From NCBI GenBank assembly GCA_963766735.1, contig CAVYBU010000017.1, positions 96,001 through 160,000 on the forward strand: a stretch of DNA of 64,000 nucleotides, in the 5' to 3' direction. This document shows positions 45,326 to 54,769 of the stretch, piece by piece. The notes under the pieces are model-generated. The model was given only the letters and a program-made list of their open reading frames with translations. It had not been told where the DNA came from and made no database searches. Numbering within the stretch: position 1 is the stretch's first letter; each line of letters starts with the position of its first letter. The stretch comes from an uncultured Chloroflexia bacterium. Lineage in GTDB: Bacteria; Chloroflexota; Limnocylindria; Limnocylindrales; CSP1-4. Position numbers and translations under genes: made by a program.

Positions 45326-46667
45326 CGACGGCACGCTCGTCGCCGGCGCCCCCGGGGTCGAGCACGAGTTCAAGGTCGGGTACCTCACGCGAGTCGAGGG
45401 CGAGGGTTCGCTGAGCCTGCGCGTGAGCGACGGGGCCGTTGTCGAGGCCCGCCTCAAGATCTTCGAGGCGCCGCGCTACTTCGAGCGGCTGGTCGTCGGG
45501 CGGACCGGCGACGAGGTGATCGACATCGTGGCGCGGATCTGCGGCATCTGCCCGATCGCGTACCAGATGACCGCGGTCCACGCCTTCGAGGACCTGTACG
45601 GGATCGAGGTCGACCCGTCCGTGCGTGCCCTCCGTCGGCTCCTCTACTGCGGCGAGTGGATCCAGAGCCACGCGCTGCACGTCTACCTGCTGCACGCCCC
45701 GGACTACCTGGGGTACCCGTCGGCGCTCGCGATGGCCGCGGACCACCGGGAGGTCGTCGAGCAGGGTCTGGCCCTCAAGAAGCTCGGCAACGAGCTGATC
45801 GCGGCGCTCGGCGGTCGACCGGTCCACCCGATCTCGGTCCGGATCGGCGGATTCTCGAAGGCGCCCCGCCGGGCCGACCTGGACGGCATCCGGCAGGCCC
45901 TGGACACGGCGGTCGACCAGGCGCTGGCCACGGTGCGCCTCGTCGCCTCGTGGGACCCACCTGCCCTCGAACACACCCAGCCGCTCGTGGCGATGCGCGA
46001 CGCGGATGAGTACCCCTACAACCACGGCCGCATCGTCTCCACGGACGGGCTCGACCTGGCCCCGGGCGCCTGGGGAGAGGCCTTCGAGGAGCACCACCTC
46101 GAGGGCACCAACGCCCTTCACGCCCGGACCCGTGACGGCAAGGTCTACCTCCTGGGACCGACGGCGCGCATCGCGCTCGCCGCCGGCCAGCTCCACCCGC
46201 TCGCGGCCGAGGCCCTCGAGGCGACGGGCCTGCGGGACGCGATCCGGACGAACATCCACCGCTCGATCGTGGCGCGTGCCGTGGAGCTGCTCCACGCGTG
46301 CGCCGAAGCCCGGGACCTGATCGACGGGTACCGCCCGCCGTCCCTGCCGAAGGTTCCGTTCACCCCGCAAGCGGGCATCGCCGCCTGGTCCACCGAGGCT
46401 CCACGCGGCCTCCTCCATCACCGGTACGAGGTCGACGAGCAGGGCCACGTGACCCACGCCCAGATCGTGCCGCCCACCAGCCAGAACCAGGGCGCGATCG
46501 AGGCGGATCTTGCGGCCTTTGCACCGGCCGTTCTCGACCTTCCCCACGAGGAGGCGACCCGTCGCCTCGAGATGCTGATCCGGGCCTACGACCCGTGCAT
46601 CAGCTGCGCGACCCACTTCCTCGATCTCCGGATCGTCAACCAGCGAACAGGGGAGGGGACCGGATGA
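45312..46667 (+). CDS. Group 3b [NiFe]-hydrogenase large (alpha) subunit
   Basis: TRVEGEG, L1 RICGICPIAY, SHALH, EAPRG, PPTSQN, L2 YDPCISCATH followed by a cleavable tail. Confidence 0.95.
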   Translation: MHGDSDGTLVAGAPGVEHEFKVGYLTRVEGEGSLSLRVSDGAVVEARLKIFEAPRYFERLVVGRTGDEVIDIVARICGICPIAYQMTAVHAFEDLYGIEVDPSVRALRRLLYCGEWIQSHALHVYLLHAPDYLGYPSALAMAADHREVVEQGLALKKLGNELIAALGGRPVHPISVRIGGFSKAPRRADLDGIRQALDTAVDQALATVRLVASWDPPALEHTQPLVAMRDADEYPYNHGRIVSTDGLDLAPGAWGEAFEEHHLEGTNALHARTRDGKVYLLGPTARIALAAGQLHPLAAEALEATGLRDAIRTNIHRSIVARAVELLHACAEARDLIDGYRPPSLPKVPFTPQAGIAAWSTEAPRGLLHHRYEVDEQGHVTHAQIVPPTSQNQGAIEADLAAFAPAVLDLPHEEATRRLEMLIRAYDPCISCATHFLDLRIVNQRTGEGTG

Positions 46668-47200
46668 CCCATCTCGCGCCGCCATCGGTCCGCCTGCTGG
46701 TCTGCGGCAACGCGGACAGGGGTGACGACGGAGCCGCCCTCAGCGCCGTGGCGACACTGCTGCCGTCCTTGCCCTCGGCGCTGCTTGAACGCATGGAGGT
46801 CCGCCGATGCGGCAACCTCCGCGTCGAGGACCTGCTGGACGTGCGGTCCGGCGAGATCGCCGTGGTCGTGGACGCGGCCGTCGGGATCCCGCCCGGGCAC
46901 GTCGTGACGCTGGCGATCCGGGAGATCGTGGCGGACCCGACCGCACCGGCACCGCGGTCCTCGCACGAGCTGCCGATCGACCAGGTCCTGGGGCTGGCCC
47001 AGGAGCTGCGGCCCGGAGGGCTGCCGGAGGGGACATTCGTCGGGATCGGCGTACGACGGTTCGGGTACGGACGGCCGCTGTCCCGGTCGGTTAGGCTGAA
47101 CATGGTCACGTTCCAGGCGGCGATCTCGGCCGAGCTGGCGCGGGCGACGTGCGTCTCCGTGGACGACCCGGCTACCCCGGGGTCGGAGGTGCCGGGCTGA
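46664..47200 (+). CDS. Hydrogenase maturation protease
   Basis: CGNADRGDDG, VVVDA, SSH; ATGA overlap with the large subunit. Confidence 0.88.
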   Translation: MTHLAPPSVRLLVCGNADRGDDGAALSAVATLLPSLPSALLERMEVRRCGNLRVEDLLDVRSGEIAVVVDAAVGIPPGHVVTLAIREIVADPTAPAPRSSHELPIDQVLGLAQELRPGGLPEGTFVGIGVRRFGYGRPLSRSVRLNMVTFQAAISAELARATCVSVDDPATPGSEVPG

Positions 47201-47228
47201 AGGCCTGTCGGGGAGGGGAGGTGTCCGC

Positions 47229-47741
47229 GTGAACGTGGTCCAGATGCATGGTCCGCGCCTCGTCGGGGACCTGATGGCCCTCGAGCCGGTCGTGGTCAGG
47301 GCGGATGCCAGTCTCACGATCGCAGCCAGGCTCATGGAGCAACACGGGTTCGGAGGCCTGCCGGTGGTGGACGGGGCCGGGACCCTCGTCGGTGTCATCA
47401 GCGAGATGGACCTCCTCCGGGCCAGGGCCACCGAACACCTGTGGGCGAGCTGGTCCGGGCTCCGCGTCAAGCACCTGATGACCAGCCCGGCTCTGACGAT
47501 CCACCGCGACCAGCCGATCACGCTTGCCGCGCGGAAGATGGAGCGTCACCACGTCTCACGGCTGGTGGTCGTGGCGGGAAGCGACGAGACACTGCCCATC
47601 GGCGTGCTGGCGGCCTCGGACCTCGTCCGCGCGATGGCCGACGAGTCGCCCGACGGGCAGGAGCCGTTTCCTGAGCCACCCATGCCCGCACCTCCTCCCG
47701 CCCCGCCGATGCCGCCGGCCGCAGACGAGTCGGGTGGCTGA
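47229..47741 (+). CDS. CBS-pair protein with Pro-rich tail
   Basis: GGLPVVD...GVISEMDL, VKHLMT...SRLVV...DLV; strong RBS. Confidence 0.88.
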   Translation: MNVVQMHGPRLVGDLMALEPVVVRADASLTIAARLMEQHGFGGLPVVDGAGTLVGVISEMDLLRARATEHLWASWSGLRVKHLMTSPALTIHRDQPITLAARKMERHHVSRLVVVAGSDETLPIGVLAASDLVRAMADESPDGQEPFPEPPMPAPPPAPPMPPAADESGG

Positions 47742-47763
47742 CGCGCCCGCGCCGGCCTGACCG

Positions 47764-48789
47764 TCAGCCCAGAGCGGCCCGCAGGAAGCGGCAGGCGCGG
47801 AGCGTGACCCACGGGCTGGGCTCGCGAGGTGCGTCCACGTTGGACCAGAGCCTGCCGTGGTACGGGTACTCGTTGCGCCACCGGCCGGCCCCGTCCTGCT
47901 TCGCGAGGACGCGATCCACGAGTCCGGACAGCCTGTGGTCCTTGGCCCGACCCAGCTCCGCCATCACCTCGCCGACCTGGAGGATGTCCGCGACGTAGCC
48001 CGACGGGAAGCCGAGCTTGAACCAGGCGCGCGAGATCACGCCGCCCCAGCCAGCGGGATAGCCGGCCGTCGCGGGGTCGACGGCCAGAAGCAGCGCGAGC
48101 CCGGCATCGATGGCCGCCGTGACCGCCGGTGTCCGCCGATCCGCGGGGATCGCCGCGAGGCCGCGGAGTGCCTTGACTGCGCCCCAGGCGCACGGCAGCC
48201 CCTCGTTGACGCCGCAGGCGAACCCCGGTCCGGACGTGCCGGACGCGTGGTACGAGGGCGCACCCGATCCGCCGAGGATGCTCCGCACCTGCCAGTCCAC
48301 CGCCGAGGCCACCCGTGGGTCTCCGAGGTGGCCGAAGGCGATCAGCGACCGCAGGAGGTTGCCGTTCAGGCAGTGGAGGACCGAGGACGGGGGCGGGGGC
48401 CTGTCCGCCAGGTGGCTTCCGGAGCAGCCGAGGCCGCCGGAGGCCGTCTGCGTGTGGGCGAGCACATACTCGCACCCGGCCGCGATCCGGGGATCGGCGG
48501 GATCGGCGCCCAACTGCTCGAGGATGATCAGGCTCCAGACCGTGCCGGTGTATTTGGGTCCGTAACCGGGACCGGGCTTGACCCACCAGCCGGCGGGGTC
48601 CTGGCCATCCAGAATCGGCGCGACCGGAGGGAGCGAGGCCGCGTCAGCCTGAGCCGCGCGGACCCCTGGGTCGTCCGCCGGCCGGTCCTCCAGCCACCGG
48701 AGCGCGAGCTGCCGGACCGCCGGCCGCCCTGGGTCCAGCAGCCACGGCCGCGGGTCGCCGCGCAGTGCTGCCACCCACGGATCAGTCAT
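47764..48789 (-). CDS. Prenyltransferase/squalene-cyclase-like alpha-alpha barrel protein of unknown function
   Basis: QW-like repeats QDPAGWW, QTASGG, KQDGAGRW; PKYTGTVW, PSPWVTLRA. Confidence 0.7.
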   Translation of the reverse strand: MTDPWVAALRGDPRPWLLDPGRPAVRQLALRWLEDRPADDPGVRAAQADAASLPPVAPILDGQDPAGWWVKPGPGYGPKYTGTVWSLIILEQLGADPADPRIAAGCEYVLAHTQTASGGLGCSGSHLADRPPPPSSVLHCLNGNLLRSLIAFGHLGDPRVASAVDWQVRSILGGSGAPSYHASGTSGPGFACGVNEGLPCAWGAVKALRGLAAIPADRRTPAVTAAIDAGLALLLAVDPATAGYPAGWGGVISRAWFKLGFPSGYVADILQVGEVMAELGRAKDHRLSGLVDRVLAKQDGAGRWRNEYPYHGRLWSNVDAPREPSPWVTLRACRFLRAALG

Positions 48790-48819
48790 GGGGCGAGTCT
48801 CGCGTGCGGCGCCGCCGCC

Positions 48820-49371
48820 CTACGCGATGACCTCCTCGAGGCCGGCCTCGTAGCCCGCATCGAACGCGGCGATGTCCGCGGCCACGAGGTCCCCATGTCT
48901 CTGCCCGAGGAGCACGCTCAACGCCCGGTGGACGCTCTCCGGCTCAACGAACCGTCGCGCGCCGATGAGCGCCCCCAGCGCCACCACGGAGACCAGCCTG
49001 TCGTCGCCAGCCTTGCGGGCCACGGCCGTGCAGGGGACCGGGAGGACGTCGATATCGTCCCGGCCCGGCTCAGCCTCGATCAGGGTGGTGTTCACGACGA
49101 GCAGGCCGCCGTCAGCGACGAGCGGCGTGTACTTCGCCATCGACGGCGGGTTGAGGACCACCGCGTGGTCGGCCCGGTCGACCACCGGCGAGCCGATGAG
49201 CCGGTCCGCCACGATGACGGTGCACGAGGCGGTCCCGCCCCGCATCTCGGGCCCGTACGACGGGATCCACAGGACCTCCCGTCCCTCGAGGAGTGCCGCC
49301 TCGGCCAGCACCTTGCCAGCGAACAGGATCCCCTGACCGCCGAACCCGGCGATGATCGTGGATCGCTCCAT
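48820..49371 (-). CDS. 2-oxoacid:ferredoxin oxidoreductase gamma subunit
   Basis: IAGFGGQG, PSYGPEMRGGTA. Confidence 0.92.
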   Translation of the reverse strand: MERSTIIAGFGGQGILFAGKVLAEAALLEGREVLWIPSYGPEMRGGTASCTVIVADRLIGSPVVDRADHAVVLNPPSMAKYTPLVADGGLLVVNTTLIEAEPGRDDIDVLPVPCTAVARKAGDDRLVSVVALGALIGARRFVEPESVHRALSVLLGQRHGDLVAADIAAFDAGYEAGLEEVIA

Positions 49372-49373
49372 CC

Positions 49374-50222
49374 TCACGCCTCCGCCGTCTTCGACCGTCT
49401 TCCGGCCGGCGCCGGCATCGCGACCTCGATCCCCTTCGCCCGGTCCACGTAGGTCCCGACGGGGTAGGCGGCCATGACCTCGGTGGCCAGCCGCTCCATC
49501 GCCTCCGACGGCGTCATGCCCCAGCCAACCGGGCACGTGGACAGCACCTCAACGATGCCGAAGCCCTGACCCTCCCGCTGGACCTCGAACGCCCGGCGAA
49601 TCGCGGCCTTCGCCTTGCCCACGAGGCCCGGGTCGGCCACGGACACTCGGGCGGCATACATGACGCCCGGCAGCAGCGACAGCATCTCCGTGACCGGGAG
49701 TGGGTAGCCGGTGGTGGCGGTGTCCCGCCCAAGGGTGCTGGACGTCGTCTTCTGGCCGGCCAGCGTGGTCGGGGCCATCTGGCCGCCCGTCATGCCGTAG
49801 ATCCCGTTGTTGACGAAGATCGTGGTGAACCGCTCTCCGCGGGCGGCGGCATGCACGATCTCAGCGGTGCCGATGGCGGCGAGGTCCCCGTCGCCCTGGT
49901 AGGTGAATACGGTCCGGTCCGGGCGGACGCGCTTGACACCCGTTGCCACGGCCGCTGCCCGGCCGTGCGGCGATTCGACGGCATCGAGCCGAAGGTAGTC
50001 GAAGGCAAAGACCGAGCACCCGACCGAACCGACGAGGATCGTCTCGCCGCCGAGATCCAGCTCCTCGAGGACCTCTGCCAGGAGCCGGTGCACGATGCCG
50101 TGTCCGCAGCCCGGACAGTAGCTGGTGGGGTTGGTGAGCAGGAGTGGGCGCCGGTAGACAACCTTGCCCTCGGTCATCGGACCAGTGGCGCCGTCGGCGC
50201 CCGCCTCCTGCGCCGTGTTCAC
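49374..50222 (-). CDS. 2-oxoacid:ferredoxin oxidoreductase beta (TPP-binding) subunit
   Basis: YCPGCGHG, VGCS, HGRA, YQGDGDL, NNGIYGMTGGQ, STCP. Confidence 0.93.
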   Translation of the reverse strand: MNTAQEAGADGATGPMTEGKVVYRRPLLLTNPTSYCPGCGHGIVHRLLAEVLEELDLGGETILVGSVGCSVFAFDYLRLDAVESPHGRAAAVATGVKRVRPDRTVFTYQGDGDLAAIGTAEIVHAAARGERFTTIFVNNGIYGMTGGQMAPTTLAGQKTTSSTLGRDTATTGYPLPVTEMLSLLPGVMYAARVSVADPGLVGKAKAAIRRAFEVQREGQGFGIVEVLSTCPVGWGMTPSEAMERLATEVMAAYPVGTYVDRAKGIEVAMPAPAGRRSKTAEA

Positions 50223-51373
50223 GACCCACCCCCGTCGCTCGTGGACCAGCAATTGCGCATCGCGTCGACGATCTCGTCGGGACTCGGCACCATGCCCCCC
50301 ATCCGGCCGTGGTGGAAGACCGGGACCGCCCCCTCGATCGCCAGCCTCACGTCCTCGACCATCTGGCCGGCGGACATCTCCACGGCCAGCACGGCGCGGG
50401 CGTCGCGAGCGGCCTCGCGCAACTGCTCGGCCGGGAACGGCCACAGGGTGATCGGCCGGAACAGCCCGGCCCGCAGGCCCGCCTCACGGGCTCGCCCCAC
50501 CGCCGTCCGGGCGATCCGGGCGGCCGTCCCGTACGCGACCACCACGACCTCCGCGCCGTCGAGGGACTCGCCGGCCCAGCGTTGCTCCCTCGTCGTGATC
50601 TCCGCGTACGTGGCCTGTAGTTCGATGTTGTGGCGCTCGAGGTCTTCAGGGTGCAGGTGCATGGACTTGACGACGCGAGGCCCGCGCCCGGCCGCGCCTT
50701 CCAGCACCCAGTCGGGGCGTGTTCGCTCGAGGGCACGGAACCCCGGTATCACGGGCTCCATCGCCTGGCCGATGATCCCGTCTGCCAGGAGGAGCACCGG
50801 CGTCCGGTATCGCTCTGCCAGCACGAAGGCATCACGCACGAGGTCGATCGCTTCCGAGATGGAGGACGGCGCCAGCACCGGCACCCGGTAGTCGCCGTGG
50901 CCGTGGCCCTTGACCGCCTGGAGGTAGTCACCCTGAGCGGCGCCGATGCTGCCGAGACCTGGCCCGCCGCGCATGACGTTGACCAGCACCACGGGCAGCC
51001 GCGACCCGGCCATGTAGGACATCGCCTCGGCCATCAGGCTGATCCCGGGGCTGGAGCTGGAAACGAGGACCCTTGCCCCCGCGGCCGAGGCGCCGAGCGC
51101 CATGTTGATCGCGGCCAGCTCGCTCTCGGCCTGGACGTACACGCGGCCTTCCTCGGGCATGCGGCGCGCCATCCATTCCAGGAGCTCGGCTTGGGGGGTG
51201 ATCGGGTAGCCGAAGTAGGCGTCGCACCCGGCGGCGATCGCGGCCTCGGCGATCGCCTCGTTGCCCTTCATCAGGACCCGGTCCTGAAGGGGGGACGCCT
51301 CGCCGCCGGTCCCTGGCGGCGAGGCGGCGGGGCGGGGGCGCGCGGCGACCCCCGGGCGGGCGAGGGCGGCCAT
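50219..51373 (-). CDS. vorB: 2-oxoacid:ferredoxin oxidoreductase alpha subunit (VorB / 3-methyl-2-oxobutanoate type)
   Basis: MKGNEAIAEAAI, GYPITPQ, QAESE, SSSSPG, RGGPGLG, QGDY...GHGDY, GQMVEDV. Confidence 0.88.
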   Translation of the reverse strand: MAALARPGVAARPRPAASPPGTGGEASPLQDRVLMKGNEAIAEAAIAAGCDAYFGYPITPQAELLEWMARRMPEEGRVYVQAESELAAINMALGASAAGARVLVSSSSPGISLMAEAMSYMAGSRLPVVLVNVMRGGPGLGSIGAAQGDYLQAVKGHGHGDYRVPVLAPSSISEAIDLVRDAFVLAERYRTPVLLLADGIIGQAMEPVIPGFRALERTRPDWVLEGAAGRGPRVVKSMHLHPEDLERHNIELQATYAEITTREQRWAGESLDGAEVVVVAYGTAARIARTAVGRAREAGLRAGLFRPITLWPFPAEQLREAARDARAVLAVEMSAGQMVEDVRLAIEGAVPVFHHGRMGGMVPSPDEIVDAMRNCWSTSDGGGS

Positions 51374-51377
51374 CGGA

Positions 51378-51662
51378 TCAGGCCTTCCTGGGGCGGGCGA
51401 AGATAGTGAGCGCGGCGTCCGGGCACATCCGGGCGCACTTCGCGCAGCTCGTGCAGACGTCGGGAATCTCGAGCTTCACGTGGTGGTGCCCCATCGCGTT
51501 GAGCTGTCCGGTGTCGAGAGCCAGGGCGCCTGGAGTGCAGACGTCGATGCAGAGCCCGCAGCCCTTGCACAGCTCGGCCGCCACGAGGACGGGACGGAAT
51601 GGAGCGGAACCGTTCGGGAGACGTCGAAGCGGGGCGTCGACAAACGGTACGGACATGGCCAT
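51378..51662 (-). CDS. 2x[4Fe-4S] ferredoxin-like delta subunit
   Basis: CKGCGLCIDVC and CTSCAKCARMCPD. Confidence 0.9.
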   Translation of the reverse strand: MAMSVPFVDAPLRRLPNGSAPFRPVLVAAELCKGCGLCIDVCTPGALALDTGQLNAMGHHHVKLEIPDVCTSCAKCARMCPDAALTIFARPRKA

Positions 51663-51810
51663 TCAGGCACCTCCGGCACGAGAATGACCCCACGGAGGGT
51701 GGGCTGGCAGGGCCGAACCGTCGGATGCGGACAGGCCGGAGTGCCCGACGCTGGACTCATCCCGGGCGGGGTCACCCGGCGCGGTGGGCACTAGCGCCGC
51801 GCCGGGTGTC

Positions 51811-52266
51811 CTACGTGGGCAGCCCGCGACGCTTCGGCGCGTCGCCGGCAAGCTCCCGGACCCGCGCGACCAGCTCCTGTTCCGTCAGGCGCTCGGCCGG
51901 CGCGGCATGCACGGTGCGGCGGCGGCCGCGCCGGCGGTCGTGAGCGCGCAGGCTTCGCTCCAGGCGCTCCCGGACCATGCCGGGCCCCACGACGTGCACG
52001 TCACCGTCCGGCGGCAGATGCCCGGCCACATCCTCGACGAACGCCACGAGACGCGCCCGGCGCGCCCGGTCGACATCCTCCGGCCCGGCCCCGCCCCCGT
52101 GGCGGACCGCGGGATCAACGCGGACGTGGCCGGTCGAGCGATGCCGACCGGGAACATCGGAGCGGATGCGCTCGACGGTCGCCCGGTCGGCCCAGCGGAC
52201 GATGATCGCCTCCTCGCTGTCGATCCAAACCAGGGTCGTGGCGGTCTCCGCGACTTGCAGTTGCAT
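51811..52266 (-). CDS. Small eRF1-middle-domain / host-attachment-like (baeRF-related) protein
   Basis: LVWIDSEEAII...AFVEDVAGHL...VHVVGPG...AERLTEQELVA pattern. Confidence 0.6.
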   Translation of the reverse strand: MQLQVAETATTLVWIDSEEAIIVRWADRATVERIRSDVPGRHRSTGHVRVDPAVRHGGGAGPEDVDRARRARLVAFVEDVAGHLPPDGDVHVVGPGMVRERLERSLRAHDRRRGRRRTVHAAPAERLTEQELVARVRELAGDAPKRRGLPT

Positions 52267-52279
52267 TCCTGGGTCCTCG

Positions 52280-52798
52280 TCACCTGGCCCAGGCCGGCTG
52301 ACCGTCGTCCTGGGTGAGATCCGCCCAGGCCACGCCTGCCGCGCGCTCCCAGGCCGGCCGATCCACGTGCACCGTGTAGCGGTGGCTTCCCGCGTGGAAG
52401 GCGATCTCCGGAACCTCCCGCAGCGCGAAGTCCGCGTAGACGGGGAGCTCGAAGAGGTCGGGCACCGGCGGGATCGTGCCGGGCTCGCAGTCCGGCGCCA
52501 GGGCGGCGAACTCGGTCTCCGTCAGGATCCTCACGTCCGTGGTTCCCAGGAGCCGGCGGGCCTTGGCCAGGTCGACATGGTCGGGGGCGTCGACAACGAG
52601 CAGGACCTGTCGTCCGTCAGCCGCCGCGATCCCGACGACCTTGGCGAAACAGCGCGGGTCGGTGTGATCGGCGCGGGCCGTCGCCTCCGCGGTGAACGTC
52701 TCGGGGTGCTCGTGCAGCTCGTACTCCACCCGCCGGGTCGCGAGCCAGTCGATGAGGCCGGCGTGAGGACCTGCGTCCGGGCGCAACTCGACGGCCAT
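52280..52798 (-). CDS. YbaK/ProX-family aminoacyl-tRNA deacylase domain protein
   Basis: HPETFTA, FAKVV, APDCEPGTIPP, FHAGSH. Confidence 0.85.
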   Translation of the reverse strand: MAVELRPDAGPHAGLIDWLATRRVEYELHEHPETFTAEATARADHTDPRCFAKVVGIAAADGRQVLLVVDAPDHVDLAKARRLLGTTDVRILTETEFAALAPDCEPGTIPPVPDLFELPVYADFALREVPEIAFHAGSHRYTVHVDRPAWERAAGVAWADLTQDDGQPAWAR

Positions 52799-52913
52799 CG
52801 GATGCCTCCTCTGGGGGCTGGATGCCGCGGGCCCGTGCCCGCGGGGCTCCGAACCAGACCGGAGTCTGCGCGTCCCGCCCGACGATGGCGAGAGGCATCG
52901 GTCGGGGTCGAGC

Positions 52914-53022
52914 GGGGCGGATGGCCCTGTCGGCGGCCGTGGCCCGTGGCTGGCCGCATCCTCCGCGCACCGGCGGCGCCGTGGCCCGGGCCGTGTCCCG
53001 CCGCGGACGGGCCAATGGACCC
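52914..53022. promoter_or_regulatory. Two DosR-box-like sites: GGGGCGGATGGCCC (52914-52927) and GGGCCAATGGACCC (53009-53022)
   Basis: 14-bp GGGNC-N4-GNCCC pattern in the divergent ybaK/arsR spacer; the second closely resembles the site at 35714. Confidence 0.45.
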
Positions 53023-53045
53023 GGTGGATGTGACAGATGGCACTC

Positions 53046-53061
53046 ATGCGCATCTGCGAAT
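53046..53061. promoter_or_regulatory. ATGC-N8-GAAT, candidate ArsR (SqrR/BigR-type) operator
   Basis: One mismatch from the ATTC-N8-GAAT SqrR-type box, in an AT-rich patch just before arsR. Confidence 0.4.
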
Positions 53062-53078
53062 ATATCGATGATACGGTC

Positions 53079-53423
53079 ATGGACGAGATCACAACCCTGC
53101 AAGCGGAGGTCCTGAAGACGCTGGCAAACCCGCGCCGGCTGGAGATCATCCACCGCCTTGCGCTGGGGCCCTGCGAGGTCGGCCGGCTCGCCGAGGAGCT
53201 CGGTGCCAGCCAGCCCAACGTGTCCCAGCACCTTTCCGTTCTCCGGGCTGCCGGCATCGTGGACGCAGAACGCGACGGTCGCGAGGTCCGCTATCGGCTG
53301 ACGGATCCGGACGTCATCGTTGCCTGCAACGTCATGCGCGGCGTGCTGCAGCGCCGCCTCACCCGCCTCGGGCGCCTGTCAGATCTTGACCAGGCCGCCG
53401 CCGAGCTCATCGAGATCCAGTAA
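53079..53423 (+). CDS. ArsR/SmtB family regulator
   Basis: LANPRRLEII, SQPNVSQHLSVLR, RDGREVRYRL. Confidence 0.92.
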   Translation: MDEITTLQAEVLKTLANPRRLEIIHRLALGPCEVGRLAEELGASQPNVSQHLSVLRAAGIVDAERDGREVRYRLTDPDVIVACNVMRGVLQRRLTRLGRLSDLDQAAAELIEIQ

Positions 53424-53443
53424 CCCGAGCGAGGAGCCAACGC

Positions 53444-53857
53444 GTGGACGAAACGATCAACCTGGTGCTGTTCTCGGGCACGGACGACAAGCTCCAGGCG
53501 GCCGCCATCATGACCGCCGGGGCCGCCGCCCTGGGCAAGCCCGTCAACGTCTTCCTGCAGTACTGGGCCCTCCGGGCCTTCACCAAGGCAGAGATCGGTG
53601 TGGACCACGGCCTCGCCGCCGAGGCGGGCGAGTCCGGCCGCGCCGCGGTCGACGCCCTCGCGAAGGCTGGCCAGGCGAGCTGGGCGGAGACGCTGCGCCA
53701 GGCCAAGGAGCTGGGCGAGGTCGACATCCAGGCCTGCTCGCTGTCCATGGACGTCCTCCAGATCGAGGAGGAGGACCTGGACCCGCTCGTGGATGGCGTC
53801 GAGGGCGTCACGGCCTTCTACCTCAATGCCGGCGACGGCCGGATCATCTTCATCTAG
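53444..53857 (+). CDS. DsrE/DrsE_2-like sulfur relay protein
   Basis: LFSGTDDKL...GAAALG, ACSLSM, ends IFI. Confidence 0.85.
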   Translation: MDETINLVLFSGTDDKLQAAAIMTAGAAALGKPVNVFLQYWALRAFTKAEIGVDHGLAAEAGESGRAAVDALAKAGQASWAETLRQAKELGEVDIQACSLSMDVLQIEEEDLDPLVDGVEGVTAFYLNAGDGRIIFI

Positions 53858-53900
53858 GACCACGATCGTGGCGCCCATCGCCGCGAGGAAGGAGCACACG

Positions 53901-54134
53901 ATGACCCAGGCCGCCGACGTGACGGTCGACGCACGCGGGCTGAACTGCCCGATGCCCATCGTCAAGACCGCGCAGGCCGTCAAGGGCCTCACATCCGGAC
54001 AACTCCTGGAGGTGCTGGCCACCGACCCCGGGTCGGTCAAGGACTTCGCCGCCTGGTCGAAGTCGACCGGCAACGAGCTGGTCGAGCAGACCGTTGACGG
54101 CAGCGTGTTCCGTTTCGTCATGCGCAAGAAGTAG
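53901..54134 (+). CDS. tusA: TusA-family sulfur carrier
   Basis: VDARGLNCPMP, ATDPGS. Confidence 0.92.
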   Translation: MTQAADVTVDARGLNCPMPIVKTAQAVKGLTSGQLLEVLATDPGSVKDFAAWSKSTGNELVEQTVDGSVFRFVMRKK

Positions 54135-54144
54135 GGATCCCCCG

Positions 54145-54690
54145 ATGACTGTCGCAGAACCCATCGCCACCCCGGAGACCCTGCCCGCACTCGCCGCGGA
54201 GCCCGAGGAGAGCACGTCCCAGAGCCTCGCGTTCATCTGCTACAGCGGTGAGCTCGAGAAGATCTGGGCCGGCATGATCCTCGCCTCCACCGCCGGCGCC
54301 ATGGGGATGCCGACCAAGGTGTTCGTCACCTTCTGGGGCCTCCAGGCGTTCGTCAAGGACGGCAAGCGCATCACCGGCGACAACTGGATGCAGAAGATGA
54401 TGTCGGCGATGCAGCGCCCCGGCATCGCCCACCGCAAGCTGTCCAAGATGAACTTCCTGGGCATGGGCCCGTGGATGATGCGCAAGCTCGCGAAGCAGTA
54501 CAACGTGTCGAGCCCCAAGGAGCTGCTCGAGATGGCCCAGGCGCTGGGCGTCGAGTTCATCCCCTGCCAGATGACCATGGACATGTTCGGCATCAAGCGC
54601 GAGGACCTCATGGACGGGATGGGGGAGCCTGTCGGCGCCGCCACCTACCTCGGCTACGTCAGCGACGGCGCGTCCCCGATCTTCATCTGA
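54145..54690 (+). CDS. DsrE2-like (DrsE_2) sulfur relay protein
   Basis: SGELEK, TFWGL, LSKMNFLGMG, PCQMTMDMFG, VGAATY. Confidence 0.88.
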   Translation: MTVAEPIATPETLPALAAEPEESTSQSLAFICYSGELEKIWAGMILASTAGAMGMPTKVFVTFWGLQAFVKDGKRITGDNWMQKMMSAMQRPGIAHRKLSKMNFLGMGPWMMRKLAKQYNVSSPKELLEMAQALGVEFIPCQMTMDMFGIKREDLMDGMGEPVGAATYLGYVSDGASPIFI

Positions 54691-54769
54691 TCCACCCTGC
54701 CCTGGCCGCGGCGAGGGGCGAGCCGTCCCGCCCGCCCCGCCCCGCCGTGCCCCTCACGAGGAACCTCCG

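Noticed and set aside
47764-48789. Squalene-hopene cyclase or NifH label
   Set aside because: Too short and lacks DxDD for a cyclase; no P-loop or Fe-protein motifs.
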